Of a stretch of DNA of 64,000 nt, positions 41,351-55,807 are shown piece by piece. Location: assembly GCF_002113885.1 (NCBI RefSeq), contig NW_018408866.1:588760-652759 (forward strand). Reading direction: 5' to 3'. Below the pieces are notes generated by a model. The model ran no database searches. It had not been told where the DNA came from and was given only the letters and a program-made list of their open reading frames with translations. The stretch is from Mizuhopecten yessoensis. Taxonomy: Eukaryota. How positions within the stretch are numbered: the stretch's first letter is position 1; each line of letters begins with the position of its first letter. The translations under genes were made by a program, and so were the position numbers.

Positions 41351-41779
41351 CATTTGTGTTGTTGGCCGTCAACACTTTCCGGAGGTGTTAAGGGAAACTG
41401 ACAAAGAAATACAAAGAGCTTACTATAAAAATAATCAATTTGAAAGAGGAGTGTAACGTACTTACAAAAACTACAACTTGAGTGAACAGAAAGGTTACAA
41501 ACATAAAAAAACGATTAAAATAAAAGAGAGAACTCTTAAGAAAAAAGTTGATTACTTTTAGGACATAGGTGTCTCAAACAGATACATTCCTGGCATCCCA
41601 AAAACATGGCCTCCGAATCAGCCATGCGCGACTTCGTGGAAGAAGCTTGTGTGCATGTTATTTATGAGATACTTGGAACGTCGTAAGAAGAGCACAGCTT
41701 CGGCACAGTTAAACATCCTATCAGAGAATGCTGACTTACTTTTGGCCCGACGGCTTAAGTACGAGACCATGGGTTCCAG

Positions 41780-41985
41780 GTGCAGTATTTCCTTGTGAAC
41801 ACAGACCGGATTAAACTGAATGTTATGTGTTGGAACATTGAGGGGCTTATGGCGGAAACTCCGTACCTGATAAGCTGTCTAGAACAATTTGACAATGACC
41901 TGTGTGGTATATATGAACATTTGATTTGGGAACATAACTCATCATTCTTTAGTACATTTGAATCGTCGGGTAATAGTGTAATAGT
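41780..41985 (+). mobile_element. LINE endonuclease N-terminal remnant, split by nested insertions (resumes ~43390 and ~44480-44600)
   Basis: VMCWNIEGL...LCGIYEH APE motifs, with LGDIN near 44580. Confidence 0.55.
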
Positions 41986-41987
41986 AA

Positions 41988-42210
41988 GGGGCCGCGATGG
42001 ATGGCCAAGTGGTTAAGACGTCGGACACTCTGCTACCATTAGCCCTCCATGGCTTGGTCGAGGGTTCGAGATCCACGTGTGGCGGTCACCAGGTACAGGC
42101 CGTTGGTCGGTGGTTTTTCTCCGGGAACTCAATCATTCCTCCACCACCAAAATCTGGGACGTCCTTTAATGAATATTTCTGTTAATATGACGTAAAACAC
42201 AAACAAACCA
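41988..42210 (+). mobile_element. tRNA-derived SINE (Meta-SINE-like)
   Basis: A box TGGCCAAGTGG, B box GGTTCGAGATCC, GGTTTTTCTCCGGG core, (AAAC)n tail. Confidence 0.8.
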
Positions 42211-42253
42211 AAAGAGTATAAGTAAAACCTGTTTACTAGTTGGACACTTTTAA

Positions 42254-43382
42254 AGGGGCATCACGGTGAAGTAACTTTATTTTTTGTCTTTTTTTTCAAA
42301 TACTACATAAACATATCAAGTGAGACTCCTTATGGAAAATAACGATCGGATTTGGCTGAAATAGATTCATAAAAATGATTAAATCTAAGAAAATCATCGG
42401 TATTTCTACCTGTCTGACCAACGATTTGTTCTGGGATTTCCCTTTACTAGCGCATGCGCATAACACACCATTTCTTTGTAAACAAAATGACTGGCCGTGT
42501 GAAGTAAGCGAAAGAAAAGTGTTGTACCGTGTCAGCTACGAAACGAAAAGTTGCCAAATGGTCAAAAGATAGCGCAAGGAGTACGTTACGAAATCATTAG
42601 TGAGGGTGGGCAGTATTCAAAGGAGAAAATAACTGCCGTAGCAGTTAGTACGGTGCATGTATTCTTCCGGATAGCCGGTTAAGCTGAAATGGAATCGACA
42701 GAAATGCTAGCGCTGTTTATGTTATGAATACATATCTAAAACTATTAAGCTCGCTAGTATCTTTGTCTGAGTTTGAACACAGATGAACTTAGTTCAATTT
42801 GTTAATGGGCATGTAACGGAGAGAGTTTACTTTGTGTTTCTATAATTATACAGTGGTTTATGCGAAAGGAAAAAATAAGTGACTGGTTAGTTTGATTTTG
42901 CCATGAGGCCCTCCAAGGGATAACTGTTGTGATGGCCCACGGGGTATTTTTTGGGTCACCGAGATACGTGTTATCGAAGTCCGTGGATTTACATAATTTA
43001 TAATATTACCGGGTTCAATAAAATGGTATGATTTAATTATATTGCTGAATTAAACGATTATTTTTGTTTTTACATGCAAGATTTAAATTAGTACTAATAT
43101 GAATACCCGGCCTCCCCTGCCCCGGCAATATATATAAAAAAAAAACCAGAAAGGTTTGTCCCTTGGAAACCGTTTCATCTCGCTCGCACCACTTGTGTTT
43201 ACTGCCTAGTCAGGTGACGTTATCGGCGCTATTTTTAGCAGGACTTTCCCGAACAATTCAAGTGGTCAAACTGGACATTTGGAACGGACTATGAATATGG
43301 GGATAGCGAGGTAACATAAGTGGAAGTGCATACAATACATACATTCATTAAAAAAATAAACGCCTTTTCACGTGATGTCCCT
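42254..43382. mobile_element. Non-autonomous DNA transposon with TTAA target-site duplication (Kolobok-like)
   Basis: TTAA|AGGGGCATCACGGTGAA ... TTCACGTGATGTCCCT|TTAA. Confidence 0.75.
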
Positions 43383-45675
43383 TTAAGAATAGATGGAGTG
43401 CTAGAAGCAGAATGGCTATCCTGTCCAAGGAGTCCCGCTATCGCGTACGGGATTTTGAGATAGATAACCCAATGATAGTAGGCAGGCATATATGCATGGG
43501 GCCATTACATTGGCATTGGTAATATAATCAAATAAATTACACACTACAATAGAAAAGTAGCATTACCATAACATGGTTTTAGTAATTTAATCAATTATAT
43601 TACAATTACATTGCCAATGTTATTAATTACTTTTACTTATTTCTGTTTTTTTTTTACAACAAGTTATAAACATGAATGCACTCCAATGCTAGTAGGCATG
43701 CATTGGGCCATTACATTGGTAATATAATTAAATAAATTACACACTTCAATAGAAAAGAATCATTACCATTACATGGTTTTAGTAATGTAATTAACTATAT
43801 TACAATAGCATTGCCAATGTTATTAATTACTTATTTCTGGTGGTTTTTTTTTATACACGAGTGAATGAGTCACATACACATTGGACACTACATATGCATT
43901 ATAAACATGAATGCACTTCATATACCTGTTCCGTGTTACTACAAGTTTGAAAAAATATATTATCATGATTACACACGGTAGTTTCACTTTGTTCAAACCT
44001 TCAGTGCTGGGAATGTTCCAGGTAATGTGGTTATTTCAAATTTAATTGTCATGTAGTATTCAGTGTAAGTGTAGAACATTATAACACGAAACCAACAAGA
44101 CAGAGTGTTTTGCAATTACCAGGCATAATGACAGGACTTCTCTTTGGACAATCCATTGTTCTTAAATCACAAGTTACCTGTCGGCTGAGAAGGACAATAG
44201 CAAAGGTGTGAATAGAGGATTGCAGACTGGCAGTTGTTTGACATTTCACACTAGACACAGGGTTGTGTACTTAGAATACACAAGGTGTATTTGTATAGTT
44301 ATACAGGTGTAACATGTCACTGGTAAGCTTTATTTTAACATAAATCTAATTGAAAAGCAATTAAAATTATTAGGCATTGCATGTATTTTACAATGATATT
44401 AATTAAATGACCATTACATGTAATAGGAACATTCATCAATTACATATAACATCCAATTTCTTAAGAAAACGTAATTAATTGTTCCTGTGTATATATTCCA
44501 GTATTCTCGAGAGCTTTCGATGTGTTCAGTAATAATGTAAGTGTGCTGTTATTCAGAGAGAGGGAAGGTTATCTTTCTTGGGGATATTAATGTAACCTGC
44601 AAAGAAGCACAATGTATTTTGACTGAAATCATCGTTTCGGAGGTTTTAAGGGGTATAAGACAGGTCTAATTTCATGTCATGCTGCATTCCTTTTGGTAAT
44701 TTTTCTCTCAAACACGGATATTGTACAGAAATTGGCCATGCAATTATTGAATCGAGTATATTATGTTTGACCTGGTAAATAACATTAAACCTGTCGAAAC
44801 ACCTAAATATAATTTGATCTTTAAATGTTACAACGTGTCTATTCCAATCTAACACTAGATTTATTTGGCAGAAAGCTGTGTCAGAGGGAAGTTTACAGAA
44901 AGATAAATTATCACAGTATGATAGGTTGTCCAAAATAAGTGTAAAAGATCATGGAATAATAGTACAGGTTGGAATTTACATAATGTATACAATAACGAAA
45001 TTGTATCAGCATTACTTAGTTTGTCGAAAGATAACTGAAGTAAAAAGAAAAGCAGACCCCTGTAGCTCTCTTATGTGCCACCAAAATCATTTGGCAGGTA
45101 TGTATCTGTGAATCGAGACAGTTGTCACTAGAGTTTGACCTTTCAATATTAACGCTATTAGCTCAAAAGCTTATTAATAACACATAGTAAATGATTTAGT
45201 TGTGTGAGCACTGAAGATAAGATAAGGAGCGCAGACACGTAGAGACGCAGAGGGGAGTTTACTCCAGGTTCCACACTTTGCAATACGATTATAGTTTGAA
45301 TTTCATTGATACATACAAATGTATAATGCTTGTGTTTTGTCAATTTTCAATGAATGTCTTTTTACATTTTATATTGTTCCCATTGTAAATCCTCGATCGG
45401 GCGAGAATAATGAGATTACTTAAAATGATAAAAGCTGAAATACAGGTATTAAATAAACAAATCAGAGACAGCATTTGTTCCAATCATTTTAAACTTTAAT
45501 TAAAAATCCTGATTTACTTTGTAAATTATAACATTAAATTGAATGCATGATTGATGATAATCGTATGTGAATACACCCGCCAAAAGTCGGACTAGATAAA
45601 GCAATGGACACGTATGCTTGTGATTTCGTTGTGTTAATCATGCGGTAGTCAGGCTTTCTTCGTCACAGAGGTCCT

Positions 45676-47544
45676 CTATTTGGAATCATCGCAGATGCCA
45701 TCGTGAGCATTATTGGACCCCCTAGAAAATGAAAACGGATGTATGTTAGAAATGCAATAATTTGGTTACATGAAATAAAATACATTTGTTATATATTAAT
45801 TCATTAATCGATCAATCATTATTTCGTAAACTTTAAATAAAAAGCAAGGCAGTGTTCTAATGATTACTACATTATTATATTACTTATGATACTGAACTGT
45901 GCATATAATTCTACTGCAATTATCATTCAAGCCTCAGATCACATACTTATTGTTATGCAATGAAGATTATGTTATCTTTTAGAGGAGATATAAACAAATA
46001 ATTCACAATCAATTCAANGGAATGTTGTCTCATTTTTGCGATTGCAAAAACCCGTGTTAAAAAATATATTTATCGACACGTATGCCTTCCATGTCTCTAT
46101 CATACACACGTAGGAAGTTATTTTAGAAAACTATTCTCCATCGTACATATAAATATANAATATATGTTGTAGACCAAGCCAACTATAAGTTCGTAATACA
46201 AGTTTAAAATGTCATAACTATGCATTTTATATATTTATCAAGTTTATCTGATATGTATTAGTACTCGCAGAAAAAACAAAGGAAATGCGACATCTTATGC
46301 ATATCCGTGTTTGGAAAATTAAACACTTAACTTATCCGTACTTTGTGTAAAATCAGCTTACTCTCAACTAAAGATATGTCAAACATACATATATTAGCCA
46401 AGTATCTGTATTACCATAATTAAGACGGTTGTTAATGGTGGACCATTTTGTACCACAAATCGGTTATCATATCTGATATGTTTACTTTAGCGTGTTTTGC
46501 ATGTAATCGCATTAGTAGAAAATTTTAAAATACCGCAATTTGTGTTTATTCAGATTCCGTAAAACAAGCTAATTATGCACTTATAATGTTTTAACAAATT
46601 TAGGCATATTCGAGAAAATAGTTTTCGACAAAACCAAATGATGTACTGTGAAGAAAACCTGTCAGATACATATACCACTGAAGACTTATATCAGTGTTGC
46701 TATGTTTGTATACATACGCGCATTCTCTGCTGCAGTCGTTAGTGTAGGTTACTCCATCATCACCACAGACAGGCTCGTAGTCCATGGTACAGACACACAG
46801 GTCGTTTTCACACTTTCCACTGTGGAGCAGGCGGACATCGCTGAAAAGTGTACATTACAGAAGATTCTAGTTATAGTGTTTAACATGTATAGTATACGGA
46901 GTAATAATGTAGATTCATTCGAACCAATTTCCACCAAAATTGATTACATTGTATTGTATCTGTATATTTGTAAATAACTCGGATCCTCCTCCTAACTATA
47001 TTATGAAGAAGCTATGAAAATAGGTAAGTTACATTGTCATTGTTTTTCTAACACCTGCTTATAGTCAATTTGTTATTAAAAGTGTGTCTCTTAAAAGATA
47101 AATAAAGTTAATGTAATTCCAATCAAATGTACCGATTAAACATTTATATCATTACCATCTTTTGCTTTTGGTCAAAATGCACGTGTAGTTTTAGCGATCA
47201 TTAAAAATATCCAATTATATTTTAGTTTTGAAAAATGGCTTAAGCATGAACCTTTGATTAATGTGTATGTAGATATATGAACTAGTGCAGTGGAATCAAA
47301 ATACGTTATTGAAACAGATTCAACTGTAAAAAGAAGAGCCTGAACGTTTCAACCCGATCCAAAAAAAACTGTATACTTACTTGCACTTTCTCATGCAATC
47401 GTTTCCATAAGTTTTACCGTCAGCACCACATACAGGAGTGTGGTCCATTGTGCATGCACATAAAGGCTTCTCTTTTTCTTCTTCGATAATCGCTGTCAGG
47501 GCGACAGAAACGCAGACGGCAAAGAAAACCAATGTCAGCTTCAT
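45676..47544 (-). CDS. Secreted two-domain Kazal-type serine protease inhibitor 2 (~110 aa; P1 Met, Met)
   Basis: Exons 47544-47381, 46840-46718 and 45721-45676: [110 protein letters not shown]. Confidence 0.93.
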
Positions 47545-47904
47545 GATGAGGATTAGTGTGTCGGGATAATACCTGGGAAATGTGAATTATATGTTATTAT
47601 TGGATATAAAATAATACATCTAATACATTTTGATAGCCAATATGTCAATGATTATGACCTAGATGAGCTATCCATTTTCACTATTCTGAATAAGTCGATA
47701 TATATATATGTGGATAGATAAAGTAATTACGCTTGTTTGTTTTGCGGATCATTCATTGTAAACGGTTTTGTCATACAATATTAGAACTGACAAACTGTAT
47801 ATAATTTAACACATTCAGTGTCTCAATGATGAAAGCATTATTCAGTGGGAAAAGTACTTGTTACAGTGATAACAATGTAGAAGAATCTATACTGTTTTAC
47901 AAAC

Positions 47905-48050
47905 CTGTACTGGTGGTCTTCAGATCACTTGAGAGCGTTTACTGGTCACCCCAGAGTAGCACTATTTATAGGCAGTCATTTCAGTTCATCATCAATTATA
48001 TACAGATGATACACGTTTATGAATATAAACAATGGTCAGGCAAGTAACAT
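47905..48050 (-). promoter_or_regulatory. Kazal-2 TATA promoter and non-coding exon 1
   Basis: TATAAATA at 47970-47963 and CAG|GTTTGT donor. Confidence 0.75.
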
Positions 48051-51000
48051 TTTGCCTCCGGCCTGTTGATCTGTTTACATGATAGCATGTTTAGATATCA
48101 ATGTAAAACATTTGAACCTCCACCAAATCGACGATGTATTGTATTGTATTTATCGTGTGGTCTAGCATTGAGTTCTTATAAAAACGAAACCTATCAGAAG
48201 ACGTAAGTCAGTTGTATTATACAACCATGAAAAGTTTCAAATTATAGATTGTTAAGCTTTAACTTACATTTTATGTATCAATATCCGCACCAGTTAGAGT
48301 ACAAATGAAATGAAACAAATAGCAATTTAAATATAACATTTACGAGGTAAGGAAGTCGTTATAGAAATTGCACTCATGCATTTTAGAGCCATTTACTATT
48401 TCTTCAATATATATGTTCATTAATCTGATCATCAAAAGTTGCGATATTACCATTTGCCTTGTCAAGTTATGGTGAAAATGTATGCTTGTGTCTTTTTGAA
48501 ATTTGAATCAAACTGTTTCCTAAATATACTGCAAAAATACAGAATTGTCAACACTTTGAATTTACGAATATATCTATGTTTTTGATTTTGCCTCCACTTT
48601 TATATAGAACTAATGATTTCTGATATTTCATGAATTTTTGTCGTTGTTTTCTTAAATTGCTTCATTTTACCTTAGTTTTACGATTTATACATTCTGCAGG
48701 CGTTTTTGTTTCTTGAAATCTGATTTCCTTGGATGCCAGTGTCTGTCAAGATTAAATAAATATTTCAATTTGTCTTAATTCGTTAGAGACTTTTCAGGAT
48801 TTGAAAGGAAAAGGAAACAGCAAAACATCCCCCTATGTTTAAGTAACTTACCTCCAATTTGTTTTTGTTTTAGTGGAATGATTATTTCACTATATTTTTG
48901 TTGATGTCTCCTTAGTTCTTGTAATTGTTCTTCTTTTTGATGGTTATGAAATAGCTTTTTACGTCTTACCTTCTGTTGTGCGTCACCTAAATTTTACAAT
49001 AGTAACACTATCGTGGCACTATTGTAACGTGTGTAAAAATCATAAATGCACAAATTCCATACAAAAAAATTGGCAAACCAATCTATTGTATCAAGTTTTA
49101 TGTCAAAGAAATAGTAACCGCTATGATAACAAGAGGTCAAGGGCCAACTAGTTCTCTGGAAATGTTACTGAAGAGCCTGAACTGCAAAATGAATTTGTTG
49201 TGTACCAATTCTGTCTTGGCAGGTTACGTAAGCAATAATTCAACATTAATATAATTGTTTTATTCATTCATTTATTTATGAAATGGATAACTAGACAAAT
49301 TTATGTTATTGGTCGTTTAAACCCCCCCCCCCCCCCCCCCCCCAAGATTTTCATTCTACTGGCAGTAATACGTCGTGCAATGCTAAAGCGATACTCTAGT
49401 CAAGGTACAAACATTTCCTTTGATCTTGATATTGATGACATTTTTGTTCCCCGATATTTATCTGCATACAATTGTTAAGCCTTTTCTGCAAACCGGAATA
49501 CGGAGACTAAGGCCATGGATCTTCAATTTTGTCAAAGGTAGGGTCAACGCCTATGGATATTTAACATTAGTGTCGGCCCGCACTTGGAATTTCAAAACAA
49601 GATAAATCTAAAAAGGTATGGGTATAGGAAGCTTAAATCAGGAACAGTCAGTTTCAGAATTCATTTTATGATAAATGGGACCTCATTGACTTTCACTTGT
49701 GTGGATATTAAAGGTGCGGTAATACAATTCATCCTAGAGCATTTAAATGATGCAATAACTGTAAAATGATATCATCATCGTGTGCAACAGATTCCAACCT
49801 TTTTTTTGATACCGAATATTACACTATTTCAAGATAGAATTGTTCTTTTTATTGAAGATTTAAGCAGAAAAATATGTGAAATTTTATTACTAATGAGAAA
49901 ATTGCCATTTTCGACAAGTTAATTTACATAGTTCTAAACCGAGTCTATTTTCCATACTTGCTTAAAATTGGCTACTAATAATACCTTTTAACCTCAGGAA
50001 TTTCAAAACAATTGACAACCGGTAGATTGATTAAAAAAACCCAAAAAACATAGCGTTCTTTCCACTTTTCTATTAACTTGTGAATCTTCATGACCAAAGG
50101 TCTTTGAGTCTTGATATTTGGCAAGTAGGTTGTTTATGTGAATGGATTTAAGTTTTGTAAATGTTGATGACCGTGACCTTCGTTCAAGTCAGAAAAATCA
50201 AATGTACTAAAATATTTGGTATGGGGAGTCAGACAAGATTAGCTTTCCTTGTTTTATTTGTTTAGAATTAATATTCCTTCATATTTTATTGAATGAATGG
50301 ACACAAGGCAAAAATAAAATAATAACTAGAACTGTAAGCCAAAGGCTAACTAATACATGTACCCTCGCTCCTATATAAACCAGAAATGTAAACTAAAGGC
50401 AAACTAAGGCAAAGTATTACAGAGCAATCCATAGTCCACCACCAGTAATTATTTAAGTATATAGGTCACCGATATTAACCGATATTATAAAAACATAAAA
50501 CTTGGATGCACAATGGTAGGGGGCAGTTACCATATCTGTAAACATCCGTTGACATTGGCCCCATAGTTTTGCAGGAGTTGTCTGGACAATTTAAAAAAAT
50601 ATATATATATTTTTCACAATTAAAGAGGCTACAGTTTCTTTTTCAACTCTGATATGTTGATTTTATCCATACATATCCACATGACAATATCAATCTGCGG
50701 ATGCCACAGCGGGGGACGTTAATTCGACGATTTTTCTTGTTTTGGTCATAATCATTATCTATCTGATTTTTTTTTATAACAAGATATTGATGGTGAATGT
50801 TGATGACCTGTTCTCGTGTTTCGTGTGCCGTGAAATTCGAAATCTCGTTCTATATCAGTTGTCTCATATAGCAACGAGATTTGTGGATATACTATATATC
50901 TCATAAATCATATAGCTATCTTCTTTAGAAATTTATGTTTCTCATATAATACATATATCTTATATACTATGAAAGATATATGACATAGTATCACATAGTA

Positions 51001-52751
51001 TCACATATTATCACATAGTATATAAAATATTTTAAATACAATACATATCTTATACATAATATAAATACAAATTAAACCTTTAATGTAATTTATGAATATG
51101 CTAGTAATATTTTGTTTTTGTTATGTTTCAATATTACGAATGTTAAGGTACTGCACTAATTGTATCTATTGTTGATATGAGCGGGCGGTATCCATTAGAA
51201 GGAGGTGAGAAGGTCAAAAGCCGAATGAATTTGTGGCTATTTTAGCACCCTATATAAGAACGTGCACTAGCTGACCATAGGTCACAAGCCTGCTGAAGAT
51301 GATGGAAGAGCAAGGTGTGCACCTTTTTTTTTACACCATGATCTAATCTATGTGCATTCGTTGATGGTTCCAAACCTTTCGTGAATTTGATTGGAGACAT
51401 TCCAGAAACACGATCAGTGTTATTCAATAAACTATTTACTGGGGAATTTTCATCCAGTCAACTTTCGTCTTTCGCCGGAAAAATCCATATTCTCCCTGTG
51501 TTACGTTCTCTGTTATTATTTCGTTTACTAATGATACATTCTGTCATGACACATTCACCCTAATTACGCGGGGCGATACAGGTGCAAATTAAAGTGTAGC
51601 AAACATGTTCCCGTGTACAGTATAAGAGTGTGCTGTGGAGGCTGATGATATCACTGTAAACTTTAAAAATTAATTACTTTATCCCGACCAAGCTTATCAG
51701 TTCACCTTGAAAGGTTAAACGCTTGGTCAACAAAACACATATAATAAATCTATTTAATTTTCACGCTGGACCGTCAAATATAGCAGACGACATATGTTGT
51801 ACCACCAATTCTTGCTACTAAATACAGACATTTATACCTATATTTTAGTTAATTACCAGAGTGGCAATTAACAAAAAAGTCACTTGTTCAGGAAATTGAA
51901 CAACAATGGTATCAAGCCTACAATCAGGCCTCACAACATACAACCAAAGATACATAGTAAGACCGCAAAATGCGTTTACAAGCGAAGGGTGGGGTCGAAA
52001 TTTGGCCCACCACTTTGAATCTTTTATTCTTTCGCCATATGTAGATACATAAAAATTATCAATAACTGCATAAATGATTACTCCTAATTACTACTGATAA
52101 CCGTAGAAGACCTCCTTGCATAACACCAGGATGAGTGACGGAAGCATCCTAACAAAATGTCAGATAAATATAACAGGGGAATGTTATTTTGAAAATGAAT
52201 TATGATAGTGTATACAGAATAAAATTACTGTTATTTGGATATTAAATATGTCATATTGGTATACATGAAGTAAGCTTAGTGATACTTTTGATTAGAAAAA
52301 CATGCTAAAAATTCACAAAATTTAAAATATAGCCAACATTGTCAACTTGCCTATATATAGTTACAATGGTAGTCTATATTTCAAACTTCTTCAAAAACTT
52401 TCCATATATATATTCTGTCTAAAAAATCATTTGTATGTAATATCAAAACCGGAAAAGTACTTAACATGCCAAACATGATCAATGACCAATTTCACATGAT
52501 CATGGAAATTTGATTATCAATGTTTATTATGGTAAATACCGATACAATTTCTGTTTTTGTATCATACCAAAACACTTTATTATATTATGCATGTTTTAAA
52601 GTTATGTACAGCAGTAATAACCCATGAATATGTATTCTGCCAAAGTAATCTTTCCTCTGGAGAACTACTTCAGGTTGAGATTGTGTTATAGACAAAGATA
52701 TGCAATTATATATAAACAATAAAATCATCTTAATAGTAAACTATTATGCAC

Positions 52752-53505
52752 TTTATTATATCCCCTGCAACGAAGTTAGGGGGTATACTGGAATCAGCTT
52801 GTCTGCCAAAGTTTGTCCGGACAACTCCTTCTAAAGTCAAATTAGACAAATTTCAACGAAAGTTCCCGGATATGATAACAACCACCTGATATTGTGAATC
52901 CAGGTATTTTTTTTTTCAATCTGACCCCTTTTACGAAGTAATAGCCCTTTGTTGAAAAAACTCCTTTAAGACTATGTGGCCTATTTCAACGGAAGTTTAC
53001 AGATACGGTAACTGCCCCCTGACATTATGCATCCAAGTAGTATGTTTTTATTCCGACCCTTTAAAAAGGAGTTACTGTCCTTTGTTGAAAAAAACCATTT
53101 GTGTGTCTCATTAACTACTTGGCCGATTTTAATAAAAGTTTACTACAGATATGGTAATTACCCCCTGATGTCGTGCATCAGGGTATCATTTTTTAATTTC
53201 AACCAATTTTAGGGAGTTATGGTATTTTGTTAAAAATCTTTGTCTTGACAACTCTTCCTTTACTACTAGGACGATTTTAGCAAAACTGGTTCATCAAGAC
53301 TAGGAAGATTTGCAAGTATGTTTTGGCATCGGGAGGGAGTACAGGAAGTATATCAGTGACCTTTATACATAAATAATTACTGGTGGTGGACTATGGATTG
53401 CTTTGCAATACTTTGCCTTAGTTTGCCTTTATCTTACAGTTCTGGTTTATATAGGAGCGAAGGTCCATGTATTAGTTAGCCTTTGGCTTACAGTTCTAGT
53501 TATTA
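52752..53505. mobile_element. Helentron/HINE-like element with internal subrepeats; inverted partial copy ~50325-50600
   Basis: 5' hairpin TATATCCCCTGCAACGAAGTTAGGGGGTATA and ~140-bp subrepeats (…TTTACAGATA(C/T)GGTAA…GCATC). Confidence 0.6.
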
Positions 53506-55654
53506 TTTTATTTTGCCTATTGTCCATTCATTAAACAAAGTATGTAGGAATTTTAATTCTAGACAAATAAAACAAGGAAAGCTAATCTTGACTCCCCTTA
53601 CAATTATTTATTTTAGTACATTAGATTTTTGTGACTTAAACGAATGTCAAGGTTATCATTACAAACCTTAAACCCATTCACATAAACAACCTACTTGCCA
53701 AATATCAAGACTCAAGGACCTTTGGTCATGAAGAAACACAAGTTTTTCACATATTTTTTAGATAATTTTTCAATAAAGAGAACAATTCTATCTTGAAATA
53801 GTGTAATATTCGGTATCAAAATAACAGTTGGAATATATTGCTCAAGATAATAATATTATTTACAGATATTGTGTCATTTAAATGCTCTAAAAGAATTTGT
53901 ATTACCGCACCTTTAATACCCACACAGGTGAAAGTCAATGAGGTCCCATTTATCATAAAATGAATTCTGAAACTGACTGTTCCTGATTTAAGCTTCCTAT
54001 ACCAATACCTTTTTAGATTTATCTTGTTTTGAAATTCCAAGCGGGGCCGACGCTAATGTTAAATCTCCATAGGCGTTAACCCTACCTTTGACAAAATTGA
54101 AGATCCATGGCCTTAGTCTCTGGGCTATAAATAACCCCTAGAACTGAAATCCGTATTCCGGGTGTGCAGAAAAGGCTTTACAATTGTATGCAGATAAATA
54201 TCGGGGAACAAAAATGTCATCAGTATCGTTTTAGTAGTTCACGAAGTGTTACTGCCAGAAGAATGAAAATATTTGAGGAAAAAAGTTTAAACGACCAACA
54301 ACATAGGTTTGTCTAGTTATGCATTTCATAAATAAATGAATGAAGATAACACAATTATATATTATTGAATTATTGCTTACGTAACCTGCCAAGACAGAAT
54401 TGGTACACAACAAATTCATTTTGCAGTTTCAGGCTCTTCAGTAACATTTCCAGAGAACTAGTTGGCCCTTGGCCTCTTGTTATCATAGCGGTTACTATTT
54501 CTTTGAAATAAAACTTTATACAATAGTCTGTTTTGCCAATTGTTTTGTACGGAATTTGTGCAATTATCAATTTTAGAATAATTTGAACATAATGAAGCTG
54601 AAGCTGACATTTGATAAATAAGGGCCTATATTAAATGTATGGAAACAAACAATAGTATGTTTGAGTCACGTTACAATAGTGCTACGGTAGTTTTACTATT
54701 GTATGATTTAGGTGACGCACAACAGAAGGTAAGACGTAAAAAGCTACTTTAAATAAATCCAAAAAGAGGACAATTATAAGAACTAAGGAGACATCAACAA
54801 AAAAAAATAAAGTGAAATAATCATTCCACTCAAACAAAAACGACTGGGAGGTCAGTTGATTTAGCATAGGAGGGATGTTTTGTTGTTTCTTTTAAAATCC
54901 TGGAAAGTATCCATTGGATGAAGACAAATTGAAATATTTCTTTAATCTTGACAGGCACTGACATCCAAGGAAATCAGGTTTCAGGAAACAAAAACGCCTG
55001 CAGAATGTATAAATCGTAAATAAAAAAGCGTAACTAAGGTAAAATGAAGCAAGAAAACAACGACAAGAATTCACGAAATATCAGAAATCATCAATTCTAA
55101 ATACAAGTGGAGTCAAAATCAAAAGTATAAATGTATTCGTCAATTCAAAATGTTGACAAATGTTGTATTTTTGCAGTATATTAAGGAAACATTTTGATTC
55201 AAACTTCAAAACGACACAAGTATACATTTTCACCATAACTTGACAAGACAACTAATATTATCGCAACTTTTGTTGATTAGATTAATGAACATATATATTG
55301 AAGAAATAGTAAATGGCTCTAAAATTCATGTGTGCAATTTCTATAACGACTTACCTCGAAGATGTTTTATTTAAAATGCCATTTGCTTCATTTAATTGGT
55401 ACTCTAACTGGTGCGGATATTGATACATAAAATGTAAGTTAAAGCTTAATGATCTATGTTTTGAAACGTTTCATGGTTGTATGATACAACTGACTTACGT
55501 CTTCTGATAGGTTTCGTTTTTATAAGAACTCAATGCTAGACCACACGATAAATACAATACAATACATCGTCGATTTGGTGGAGGTTCAAATGTTTTACAT
55601 TGATATCTAAACATGCTATCATGTAAACAGATCAACAGGCCGGAGGCCTTTGCA

Positions 55655-55807
55655 AATATGTTACTTGCCTGACCATTGTTTATATTCATAAACGTGTATC
55701 ATCTGTATATAATTGATGATGAACTGAAATGACTGCCTATAAATAGTGTAACTCCGGAGTGACTAATAACTAAACGTTCCCAAGTGATCTGAAGACCACC
55801 AGTACAG
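55655..55807 (+). promoter_or_regulatory. Kazal-3 TATA promoter and non-coding exon 1
   Basis: TATAAATA at 55738-55745 and CAG|GTTTGT donor at 55808. Confidence 0.75.

Larger units (their letters stand above)
38604..50475. repeat. Left arm of large inverted duplication
   Basis: 38604-38628 is the reverse complement of the window end; 50330-50470 is the reverse complement of ~53355-53500; tRNA, LINE and Kazal loci occur in mirror order. Confidence 0.92.

Noticed and set aside
49584-54570. Paired near-identical short ORFs (MEFQNKINLK...)
   Set aside because: Mirror copies in the palindrome arms with no splice, start-context or domain support.
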